Made by a program: the position numbers and the translations under genes. A DNA stretch of 13,936 bases from Pseudomonadota bacterium. GTDB lineage: Bacteria; UBA10199; 2-02-FULL-44-16; JBDRGF01. Of this stretch, positions 1 through 7,690 are shown one piece after another; position 1 is the first letter of the stretch; each line of letters begins with the position of its first letter. Under the pieces are notes generated by a model. The model did no database searches. It saw only the letters and a list, made by a program, of their open reading frames with translations, and was not told where the DNA came from. The stretch covers positions 1 through 13,936 of the forward strand of contig JBDRGF010000138.1 in NCBI GenBank assembly GCA_043818055.1, read 5' to 3'.

Positions 1-435
1 TCGATCACCTACAAAACCATTTACGGCGGATGCAGTCGCGTGACGCTGCTCGATTTTGATCTGCTCGATTCTCCTGAGATGAAGGAGCTCTTGAAGCTTC
101 GAGAAACGTTCAGGGATTTTGGAGCACCGCCATATACGATTCTCTTCGATGGAGAAGAGACCCAAATCAACGATCTTCAGGAACTCAAGGCCCAGATCCT
201 CGCCGTCGGTCGCAAGGGGCATTACATACAGCGCTACAAAGGTTTAGGCGAGATGAATCCAAGTCAGCTCTGGGAGACAACTCTCAATCCGGAAAAACGT
301 TCCCTTTTGCAAGTCAGGGTCGAAGATGCAGTCGAGGCCGACACCATCTTCTCCGTCCTCATGGGAGACCAGGTCGAGCCAAGACGCGAATTCATCGAAC
401 AGAACGCGTTGTATGTGAGAAATCTGGATGTATAA
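1..435 (+). CDS. gyrB: DNA gyrase subunit B, C-terminal part (5' truncated by window)
   Basis: Frame is open from base 1. Contains [19 protein letters not shown] and [28 protein letters not shown], the canonical GyrB C-terminus. Confidence 0.97.
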   Translation, partial: SITYKTIYGGCSRVTLLDFDLLDSPEMKELLKLRETFRDFGAPPYTILFDGEETQINDLQELKAQILAVGRKGHYIQRYKGLGEMNPSQLWETTLNPEKRSLLQVRVEDAVEADTIFSVLMGDQVEPRREFIEQNALYVRNLDV

Positions 436-439
436 AAGC

Positions 440-469
440 AGTATGTAGTATGTGGCATGTAGCATGTAG
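440..469. repeat. Heptamer tandem array (agtatgt agtatgt ggcatgt agcatgt ag)
   Basis: Four 7-nt units read directly, starting 4 nt after the gyrB stop. Confidence 0.75.
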
Positions 470-536
470 GCAAAAATCAACAAACCTGGTTCTTCCTCCT
501 CAGGAGGAAAGTTATCCTCAATGACTTTTTTCAATT

Positions 537-608
537 CTGCCCTTCACCCTTGACGGGGGAAGGTGCCCTTGCCATGTCGAATGACGTGGCGCAGGGCGGA
601 TGGGGGTG
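537..608 (+). repeat. GC-rich double-hairpin REP-like element, copy 1 (expanded second loop)
   Basis: ccttcaccc-ttgac-gggggaagg-t-gccc-[tt gccatgtc gaat gacgtggc gca]-gggc-ggatggggg; same layout as 12993-13044. Confidence 0.7.
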
Positions 609-655
609 ATGTTTTTATATGATCATTGACCAATCCGAATCGAATAAAAAATCAC

Positions 656-682
656 GCAACTTACGTTCAATTTAGTCGATAA
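656..682 (+). promoter_or_regulatory. Sigma-28/FliA-like promoter motif
   Basis: GCAAC-N14-GTCGATAA upstream of the propeller gene; -10 resembles FliA consensus GCCGATAA; motif recurs three more times in the window. Confidence 0.6.
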
Positions 683-700
683 ATATTATAGAGGATGCGC

Positions 701-1822
701 ATGAAAAAAATCATAATACTGGCAGGTCTTGTAGTAGCTATGTTTTGCCCTAAGCCATCTGCGGCTGACTTTGTAGTATGGGATTTGCAATCGATATTAA
801 GCGACAAATCAGTTGTTTCGATTGCTACGGGAAAACTTGGAGAACCTGTGCTGATGGGGAATTGGGGGGAGATATCAGATTCAAATCAGGATGTGACATT
901 ATCGGTAGCGTTTATCGATGACTGGAAGAATATAAGCCTTGATCTTCGTGACCTTGTCGATAAATTCAGCGATGAACATATCCCGGAGCCTCTTTATGGA
1001 ATAGTCAGCTCTTTTCCGATTTCGGCAGTAGCAGCTGATGAGAATCGTTTTTATGCAGGGACTTCCGGCGCCTTGCTCTATTCGAACGATGCGGGACAGA
1101 CGTGGCATTTTCTCGATCTTACGCCTGATATCTCTACAAAATCCAATCAGCAGGGAACTCACACAACCTGCAAAAGATTAAAACAAAGAGGAATTGAATC
1201 CGATAAAGCTTTTCAGATGATTAGTCTCAATCGGATCTGTGACCTCGTCATTCTTGGGACCGGACGCGTCTTGATGGCATTCGACAATGGGCTCGTTTAC
1301 AACGATCATATCGACAAACATATAGCGGATCGAACTGATCCGAGATTTCAGTGGAATGGTGTCCCATCCAATGTTGCAAACGAGCTTTTTGGCCGTGTGG
1401 TCAACGATCTTGCAGTGAATAAGAAGACGATTTTTGCAGCGACCGATCAGGGCGTTTGGGAAAGCCTCGATGATGGCACTACGTGGAGAATCATAGGCCT
1501 CGATAGTGAAAATGTTTATACGCTGAATATTGCTCCGGACGGCACGCTCTTTGCCGGAAGTGAAAGAGGCCTTTATTTTTATCGTGATGGGCAGTGGAAA
1601 TTTTTAAAAGCGATCAAAAACATTAATGCTATCGCGGTAAATGGCTCGACGCTTTTTGTAGGTACGGATCAAGGTTTGCTCATCAGTTACGATTCAGGAA
1701 CTAATTTTGATTTAATGACGAATGTGCCTGCCGTATATGTGATCGAATTCGTGGAAGATGGTTACTATCTTGGAACCAGCAAGGGATTTTGGTTTTTGAA
1801 GAAAAGAACTAAGGCGTTGTAG
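701..1822 (+). CDS. Secreted BNR/Asp-box beta-propeller protein
   Basis: Signal peptide MKKIIILAGLVVAMFCPKPSAA; Asp-box motifs YSNDAGQTW, ESLDDGTTW, ISYDSGTNF; repeated FAGS/FVGT/YLGT blade signatures. GAGG at 691-694 favours the ATG at 701 over 695. Confidence 0.8.
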   Translation: MKKIIILAGLVVAMFCPKPSAADFVVWDLQSILSDKSVVSIATGKLGEPVLMGNWGEISDSNQDVTLSVAFIDDWKNISLDLRDLVDKFSDEHIPEPLYGIVSSFPISAVAADENRFYAGTSGALLYSNDAGQTWHFLDLTPDISTKSNQQGTHTTCKRLKQRGIESDKAFQMISLNRICDLVILGTGRVLMAFDNGLVYNDHIDKHIADRTDPRFQWNGVPSNVANELFGRVVNDLAVNKKTIFAATDQGVWESLDDGTTWRIIGLDSENVYTLNIAPDGTLFAGSERGLYFYRDGQWKFLKAIKNINAIAVNGSTLFVGTDQGLLISYDSGTNFDLMTNVPAVYVIEFVEDGYYLGTSKGFWFLKKRTKAL

Positions 1823-1882
1823 TAGAATATAACTCTGCGTTTAAATTTTCACTACATGCTGTTAATCCTGAATGGAAATGAT

Positions 1883-3151
1883 TCAATCGAGCAACGATTC
1901 AAATAATCCCTTCTGAAGTGTCTTATAAAAAAGCTCGTTGTTTGAATAACCAGTCATAGTAGAATATTTTTGGTTTTTTTGCTTCCGGCCGGAAATAATT
2001 AATGGAAGTGCAGAAAATATAATGAATGTCGGAAACAGAAGTCGTTCAATCCATTTAGAATAAAGATGCAGTGGTGTTCTGTGCAGTTTCCACCGCAAGT
2101 CAAAGTGTGAACCTACCGCTTCTATAATATTTACTCTTCCCATTAAAATGCCAATTAGATGTATTAAATGAACGGCATCTTTTCTCACCTCTTTTGTGAT
2201 ATCAACATCATCTTCAATCTTTTTCAAATATTCATTAAGATCTCTTAATTTATTATTACACCATGTGATTGCATCGGGGTGAGAATTTTTAAAGCTATCC
2301 ATTCTCCAGGATCGGTGTTGTAGGATTTTTCTTAGGATATCCTTATTAATACCATCGATAAGCCTCTTGTAGTGTAAGGCATGAAGGGTCTCATGGATAA
2401 TGGCATGCATCTGAGCTTTTTGAGAATAGCATATAGTATTGTGTTTGAATGAATAGAATGCGTAATTTCCTCTTTTAAAAACACTCATTCCACCTGGAAG
2501 ATTGTCAATTACCTTCAAATCCTCAAGCTCTTCAACAAGATTAAATGCGTTGGGTTCATGGTAGCCTAAAAAGTGAAGGAGGTCAGGTTCACTTTTAAGA
2601 AGCATTTCCATTTTATTTAATGCCTGCATAAAGTGGGGATCGGATTCTATCTTCTCTCTTAGCGGCTTTGCATCTTGCAGATGTTCAGTTAAAAAATCAT
2701 CTGATGGACTTTCTATCTCACTTGAAAACGCTCTTCTGTTGAGATAGAAGCTGCCGCCAAATAATGTGATAGCACCAGCCATCAGGCCTAGTCCCGCATC
2801 GATTAACGGAGATGATGTCGGAGCTAGAGCGAATGTTTGGTAAGCAGATGTAATGGCTGTACTTGTAATAAAAGAAGCAAATGATAATTCCCTGTTTTCC
2901 GGGTTCTTATCAAGTAAAGCACCCAGACACAAAATAGGTGAAAACCACTATGCCTTTGCAATTCCCACTATTCCTAATGATGTTGTTACTCCAACTTGTA
3001 TTTTGTGTTTTATGGAAGCCTTAAATAATTGAAAGGAACTAATGGAAGGTGAATAAACAGCAGCCTCCTTTGTAGAGGCTGAATCATTTGTAGCAATCGC
3101 TGGAAAACCGCATGCAGGGCGATATTTTAGTAAGTTCATTCTTATACTCAT
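1883..3151 (-). pseudogene. Membrane protein with HExxH motif interrupted by one in-frame TAG (pseudogene or readthrough)
   Basis: ORFs 2948..3151 and 1883..2932 share a frame and are separated only by TAG at 2950-2948 (IAKA*WFSPILCLG). AGGA and a promoter motif lie upstream of ATG 3151. HETLH at 2395-2381; several hydrophobic segments. Confidence 0.6.
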
Positions 3152-3174
3152 AAAATTGATTTCCTATACCACTA

Positions 3175-3202
3175 TTATCGGCATATCAGGTAATTTTGTT
3201 GC
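3175..3202 (-). promoter_or_regulatory. Sigma-28/FliA-like promoter motif
   Basis: Minus strand GCAAC-N15-GCCGATAA (perfect FliA -10), 23 nt upstream of ATG 3151. Confidence 0.65.
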
Positions 3203-3279
3203 GCCGCGGGGCATATTTTTTAACCATGGAAAAATATCTCTCATCGTGGTATTGTACGACAATAACAAAGGAGGGGGAT

Positions 3280-3582
3280 ATGACGCTTTTTTACGGGATC
3301 ATCTCATTGGTAGTCGCGACTGCATTTCTGGTCTGGGTGAATGAGAGAATTCCATCCGGGATTCAGAAGTTCGCGAAGGTGGTTGGCTGGGTAGCCGTGG
3401 TTTTGAGTGCAGCTATGCTTTTGCACAAGGCCTATTTTTTCTCAACTTCGTGTATGAAAGGGGATTGTGGGTATGGCAAGGGAATGCACAAGATGATGAT
3501 GAAAGGCGATGGCATGATGGGCGGCATGGGCATGGGCAGGATGCCACCACCACCACCTCCTCCATCTCCAGCAGGAAATTAA
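3280..3582 (+). CDS. Small two-TM membrane protein with Cys/Met/Gly-rich and poly-Pro tail
   Basis: Strong SD (aaggaggggg) before ATG 3280; two hydrophobic helices; tail CMKGDCGYGKGMHKMMMKGDGMMGGMGMGRMPPPPPPP. Confidence 0.75.
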   Translation: MTLFYGIISLVVATAFLVWVNERIPSGIQKFAKVVGWVAVVLSAAMLLHKAYFFSTSCMKGDCGYGKGMHKMMMKGDGMMGGMGMGRMPPPPPPPSPAGN

Positions 3583-3594
3583 TCGGTTTTTTAT

Positions 3595-3630
3595 ACAACT
3601 CCGACCTACGAGGTCGGAGTTGTTGTTTTG
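3595..3630 (+). terminator. Intrinsic terminator
   Basis: Perfect 13-bp stem acaactccgacct-acg-aggtcggagttgt followed by tgttttg. Confidence 0.75.
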
Positions 3631-3656
3631 ACAGTAGCCTCACAATCAACTATAGC
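3628..3656 (+). promoter_or_regulatory. Sigma-70-type promoter for gatD (probable leaderless start)
   Basis: TTGACA-17 nt-TATAGC, ending 7 nt before ATG 3664; no SD before that ATG. Confidence 0.55.
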
Positions 3657-3663
3657 ACCCCTC

Positions 3664-5049
3664 ATGGGAGATTTTGATTACAAGGGATATCGCGATTCAG
3701 CGCTAGCGAAATTAAAGGAGTTTGATGCGAAGGTCTGGGATCGTGTAGAGATTGCGACCTGCAAGGGCCCTTTTACAGGGCTTGTTCTCCCCCGCTCTGA
3801 GACTGAGGATGCGTTTCATATCGTCATCAAGATGCCGAGTGGCTATAACACAGGCATCCACGTCGATTCGATAACTAATATAAAAAGGATAGGGCGCAAA
3901 GAGGGACATTACGAGATCCCCCAGAAGGAATTTCCCGTCGATAAAAGTAAACCGAATGTCACGCTCTTGGGAACAGGCGGGACGATCGCCTCGCGCCTCG
4001 ATTACACGACAGGCGCGGTGATACCGGCCTTTTCCCCCGGAGAGCTCTACGGCGCTGTTCCCGAGCTCGCCGACATATGTAACCTCAATACGAAAAAGCT
4101 TTTCGGCGTCTTCTCGGAAAACATGGGACCAACGCAGTGGAAAAAGCTGGCAGAGGAGATAGGCAACGAGATTGAATCGGGCGCCGATGGAATCGTGATT
4201 GGGCACGGCACCGATACTATGCATCATTCATCCGCTATCCTATCATTCATGGTGCAGGACTCACCAGTTCCGATCGTTTTCGTCGGCTCGCAGCGCTCAT
4301 CCGACCGTCCATCATCGGACGCCGCCAGAAATCTTTTGCACGCGACATACACCGCAGCCCATTCGGACATCGCCGAGGTTATGGTCTGCATGTTCGGGCC
4401 AACCTCCGATGATTACGGCCTGCTTCACATGGGCACGCGCGTAAGAAAGATGCATTCGAGCTATCGCTCCACATTTCGCACAATAGGAGAGACCCCGCTG
4501 GCGATGGTCTGGAGTGATCGCATAGTTCCGATAAGGGAGGGATACAAAAAGCGCGACAGGGAAAGAAAGGTGAAGATCGATACGGCGTTTGAGGAGAGGG
4601 TGACGCTTTTATATTACTATCCGAACATGCAGCCGGACATCGTCGATTCGCTTGTTGATAATGGATATAAAGGCATCGTTATCGCAGGCACCGGCCTTGG
4701 CCATGTCAACTCTGCCCTTAATCCAGCGCTAAGAAGGGCTATCGACAATGGCGTCGCTGTAGTGATGACGGTGCAGACGCTATGGGGATACGTCCAGATG
4801 TATGTCTATGACACCGGCCGATATCTTCTCGACCTCGGCGTAATACCGTGCGAAAACATGCTACCAGAGACCGCCTACGCTAAACTCGCATGGGTGCTCG
4901 GTCACACGAACGATCTCGAAAAGGTGAAGAAGATGATGTTGACTCCGATATCATTTGAAATTACAGAACGCGAACCACACAACGGCTATCTCGTCTATCA
5001 GGGTGGGATTCCTGAGGTCGAGCAGTTTTTGGCAACGTATAAGAAATAA
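3664..5049 (+). CDS. gatD: Glu-tRNA(Gln) amidotransferase subunit D (asparaginase-1 fold with GatD N-terminal domain)
   Basis: GatD N-domain (GLVLPR...HIVIKMPSGYNTG), TGGTIASRLDYTTGAV, HGTDT, GSQRSSDRPSSD, RVRKMHSSYRSTF, AGTGLGHV, NMLPETAYAKLAWVLG. Confidence 0.92.
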   Translation: MGDFDYKGYRDSALAKLKEFDAKVWDRVEIATCKGPFTGLVLPRSETEDAFHIVIKMPSGYNTGIHVDSITNIKRIGRKEGHYEIPQKEFPVDKSKPNVTLLGTGGTIASRLDYTTGAVIPAFSPGELYGAVPELADICNLNTKKLFGVFSENMGPTQWKKLAEEIGNEIESGADGIVIGHGTDTMHHSSAILSFMVQDSPVPIVFVGSQRSSDRPSSDAARNLLHATYTAAHSDIAEVMVCMFGPTSDDYGLLHMGTRVRKMHSSYRSTFRTIGETPLAMVWSDRIVPIREGYKKRDRERKVKIDTAFEERVTLLYYYPNMQPDIVDSLVDNGYKGIVIAGTGLGHVNSALNPALRRAIDNGVAVVMTVQTLWGYVQMYVYDTGRYLLDLGVIPCENMLPETAYAKLAWVLGHTNDLEKVKKMMLTPISFEITEREPHNGYLVYQGGIPEVEQFLATYKK

Positions 5050-5081
5050 CCATTTATAATGATACAACGGGAGGAGACAAT

Positions 5082-6326
5082 ATGTTAAATGGTATATCCG
5101 CGAACACCGCATGGCAACATCTCAAGCCATATTCGATACAGATGAGAGATGGAACTCCCTTTCTTTGCGTTCCTCCAGGGATGCACCCAAAACTTGGTAA
5201 CTTGCCATACCTTGGTCTTTCCCTCTCTGGTGATGATAGGGGGCAGTTTGTCATGACGAATCTATCCGATCGCCTTGCTTTTTTGAGAGGAGGGGATGAT
5301 CGAACAGTTGAGGTCAGGCCTTTTTACAGAAACGTATATAATAGTGAAGGGACAAGGCTTGAAACATGCAAATGGAATCAGATCGAACCGGGAACTGTGC
5401 TGACTTGTGGAGCTGTCAAATTTGGCGTGGATTTCGATCCTCGGGAAAATTGGGGAGATTCGTCAAGGCATGTTGATATCGGTTTGAAGTGGAATGATAA
5501 GAAGCTCCCCTTTTCATTAAATATAGGTTCAAGGGCGATTCTCGGAAGTGCTTCTGAGTGTTGTGAGAAGAATGATCAGGCCGTAGTTCTCAGTGGAGAG
5601 GAAATTTTGCCCAATCATGCATCGCTAGAATTTTCGCTTGATGGCACTTTGCAGATCAAATCTCTCACCAAAGGGGCAGCGATTCTCTTAGATGGAAGCG
5701 CGATAAACGACATCCCAGTTCCAGTCGATCTTGCTAGAGGGGCTTCGTTGTTGTTCGGAAAAGAGGCGATGAGGATATATAGTATCGATAGACACTCATT
5801 TACAGAGAATGTTTTAAATGGGTCACTTGAATCGGAAGTCTGGCTGGAAGTTGGGAGGGGTTCGAGATCGAATATGTTCAGATTTTCGCTGCCAGGGGAA
5901 GATGATCAACAATCGATTATCATCGGACGTAAGCTTAAAGAAAATGAGTCAAATCCGGGCGTATATGAAACCTCTGATGACACAGTTTCAAGAGTTCATG
6001 GCTGGTTCTTTGTCAGGGGAGGCAAACTTTGGTATGAGGATCTCGCTTCGCTTAATGGAGCCCAAATGAACGGAAGAGAGGTTATCAGATCACAATTATC
6101 GCCAGGAGATACGTTGCGCCTCGGCGAATCTATAATTGTTAAAGTACAGTCCCAACCGAACGCGAATTTAAGATTCCCCAGCGGTGAAAGTCATGAACTG
6201 AGAAGAGTTACAAGCACATCTGCCGCAATCGCAATCCACGGATTTCTGGCTGCGTTACGAAGTGAAGAAAGGAAAAATTACGGCACATATACAGGGCTGC
6301 ACCCGTTCAAAAAGGGTGAGCAATAG
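5082..6326 (+). CDS. FHA-domain protein, paralogue 1
   Basis: SD ggaggag; canonical FHA at about 5916-6145 (IIGR...VSRVH...EDLASLNG...LSPGDTLRLG); a degenerate FHA-like middle segment (ILGS...ILPNHA). Confidence 0.85.
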   Translation: MLNGISANTAWQHLKPYSIQMRDGTPFLCVPPGMHPKLGNLPYLGLSLSGDDRGQFVMTNLSDRLAFLRGGDDRTVEVRPFYRNVYNSEGTRLETCKWNQIEPGTVLTCGAVKFGVDFDPRENWGDSSRHVDIGLKWNDKKLPFSLNIGSRAILGSASECCEKNDQAVVLSGEEILPNHASLEFSLDGTLQIKSLTKGAAILLDGSAINDIPVPVDLARGASLLFGKEAMRIYSIDRHSFTENVLNGSLESEVWLEVGRGSRSNMFRFSLPGEDDQQSIIIGRKLKENESNPGVYETSDDTVSRVHGWFFVRGGKLWYEDLASLNGAQMNGREVIRSQLSPGDTLRLGESIIVKVQSQPNANLRFPSGESHELRRVTSTSAAIAIHGFLAALRSEERKNYGTYTGLHPFKKGEQ

Positions 6327-6332
6327 CTAGAG

Positions 6333-6359
6333 ATAACTTTTTTCCAATAACAACGATAA
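6333..6359 (+). promoter_or_regulatory. Sigma-28/FliA-like promoter motif (degenerate)
   Basis: ATAAC-N14-AACGATAA, 22 nt upstream of ATG 6382. Confidence 0.45.
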
Positions 6360-6381
6360 TGAGTATACAACAGGAGGAGCT

Positions 6382-7278
6382 ATGACAAAAGCTATTATAT
6401 CGGTCAATCCAAATTGGAGACATATCAATCCACATTCGATATCGACAAGAGATGGTATTCCATTTGTGGAGATATCGAGGGAAATTCATCCAATGCTCGG
6501 CAATATGAATTTCTTAGGATATACCATGGGAGATGCAGATCGCGCTGCCTTTGTCACAAGAGGTTTGAGTGATCGTGTTGCCTTCTTTAGAGGATCTGAA
6601 GATGGTAAAAACGTCCAAGTGTACTCCTTAAATAAACCTATTTTTAACTCTGATGGCAGATTCTTGACCTTGAAGGGTTGGGATGATGTTTCTCCCGGTG
6701 AGATTTTAGAAGTTGGTGGTATGAAGTTTGGTGTAGATTTTGATCCGCGAGAGAATTGGGATCCAAGAACGCATAAGCTCTTTTCAGAAGAGGCCATACT
6801 TGACTCACAAAAAATTCCATTGAGATTGGATGAAAGAGCGCTTTACATGAAGATCGATCAAACGGTCAGAATCGGTGATTCAACAGGAGTTAAAACTCTC
6901 TATAGACATCTTATTTTTGACCAGTCACATAGCGAGAATGCCTTTCTTTTGGCCAGATACAGCGGGGATGTTGCGCAATTTGGAGGTTTTTATACCATCC
7001 CTAATGGAAGTGTCTCACGTGTGCATGCGATGATACTTTTCGGCGCCGCTGGCGTCTTTGTTCAGGATCTCTTTTCGCTCTCAGGCACCAGTGTGAATGA
7101 GGAATTGATATATGAGGCGCAGGTTTTTGAAGATGATACGATCTCCATGCCTTCGGTCAGAATCTCATTTACACATGATCTTCCAAAGGGCGAGGTTGTT
7201 AAATACCCGACAATGGATTTAGCCAGCCTTCGCGTCCATCTCGATACAATCCGGGTTCCAAAAAATCTACCATACTAA
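6382..7278 (+). CDS. FHA-domain protein, paralogue 2
   Basis: SD aggagga; N-terminal ~125 aa aligns by eye with paralogue 1; C-terminal FHA (VSRVHA...QDLFSLSGTSVN...EDDTI). Confidence 0.82.
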   Translation: MTKAIISVNPNWRHINPHSISTRDGIPFVEISREIHPMLGNMNFLGYTMGDADRAAFVTRGLSDRVAFFRGSEDGKNVQVYSLNKPIFNSDGRFLTLKGWDDVSPGEILEVGGMKFGVDFDPRENWDPRTHKLFSEEAILDSQKIPLRLDERALYMKIDQTVRIGDSTGVKTLYRHLIFDQSHSENAFLLARYSGDVAQFGGFYTIPNGSVSRVHAMILFGAAGVFVQDLFSLSGTSVNEELIYEAQVFEDDTISMPSVRISFTHDLPKGEVVKYPTMDLASLRVHLDTIRVPKNLPY

Positions 7279-7296
7279 TTATTATGACAGACCTCC

Positions 7297-7325
7297 TTGT
7301 CAGAGCTTCTAAAATGAGTTAAAGT
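7297..7325 (+). promoter_or_regulatory. Sigma-70-type promoter
   Basis: TTGTCA-17 nt-TAAAGT upstream of ORF 7361. Confidence 0.5.
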
Positions 7326-7360
7326 CTCCTTCAGTTTTATAACAAAAAAAGGGGGGTATT

Positions 7361-7606
7361 ATGAGATTGAGTGTAAAGGGTTTGGGATTGACGTTGGGTA
7401 TTCTCTGGGCGTTTATCGTCCTCTTCATCTGTCTGATGACCAAGTTCGGCTACTATGCAAATGTCTATAATCTTCTGAATGAGTTCTATCTAGGCCTCAT
7501 CACATTGACACCGGTTGGCATGTTGATCAGCGTCGTGATCGGCTTTGTCGATGCCTTCATCTTCGGAATAATTCTCGCCTGGGTATACAACAGATTTGTA
7601 AGCTGA
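7361..7606 (+). CDS. Small two-TM membrane protein resembling a family often annotated as putative holin
   Basis: SD-like ggggggg; pattern GLTLGILW...GFVDAFIFGIILAWVYNRF. The family label is from recall and there is no phage context. Confidence 0.7.
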   Translation: MRLSVKGLGLTLGILWAFIVLFICLMTKFGYYANVYNLLNEFYLGLITLTPVGMLISVVIGFVDAFIFGIILAWVYNRFVS

Positions 7607-7687
7607 AATACGTGAAGCGCAGTTCGCAAGATATATACAATATTTTTTTTACGCTTCACGCTTCACTGGCGGACGTTTCACGTATTT
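7606..7687. repeat. Heptamer-based inverted repeat
   Basis: aaatacgtgaagcg (7606-7619) pairs with cgtttcacgtattt (7674-7687) or with cgcttcacg (7652-7660); units acgcttc x2, acgtttc, acgtatt. Confidence 0.65.
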
Positions 7688-7690
7688 ATC

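Noticed and set aside
2948..2950. Genome-wide TAG reassignment (e.g. to Gln, tempting because gatD is nearby)
   Set aside because: No in-frame TAG occurs in gatD, groEL, gyrB or znuA, and TAG ends the propeller, FHA1 and psd-family genes at plausible C-termini.
3196..3279. Longer starts given by the ORF track (3196 for the small membrane protein, 3628 for gatD)
   Set aside because: These TTG starts fall inside predicted promoter elements; ATG 3280 has a strong SD and ATG 3664 fits the GatD N-terminus better.
5022..5072. Fifth copy of the sigma-28-like motif before FHA paralogue 1
   Set aside because: GCAAC (5032) and ATAAC (5046) are present, but no CGATAA-like -10 follows at 14-15 nt.
7361..7606. 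Prophage or lysis cassette suggested by the holin-like protein
   Set aside because: No endolysin, integrase or phage structural genes in the window.
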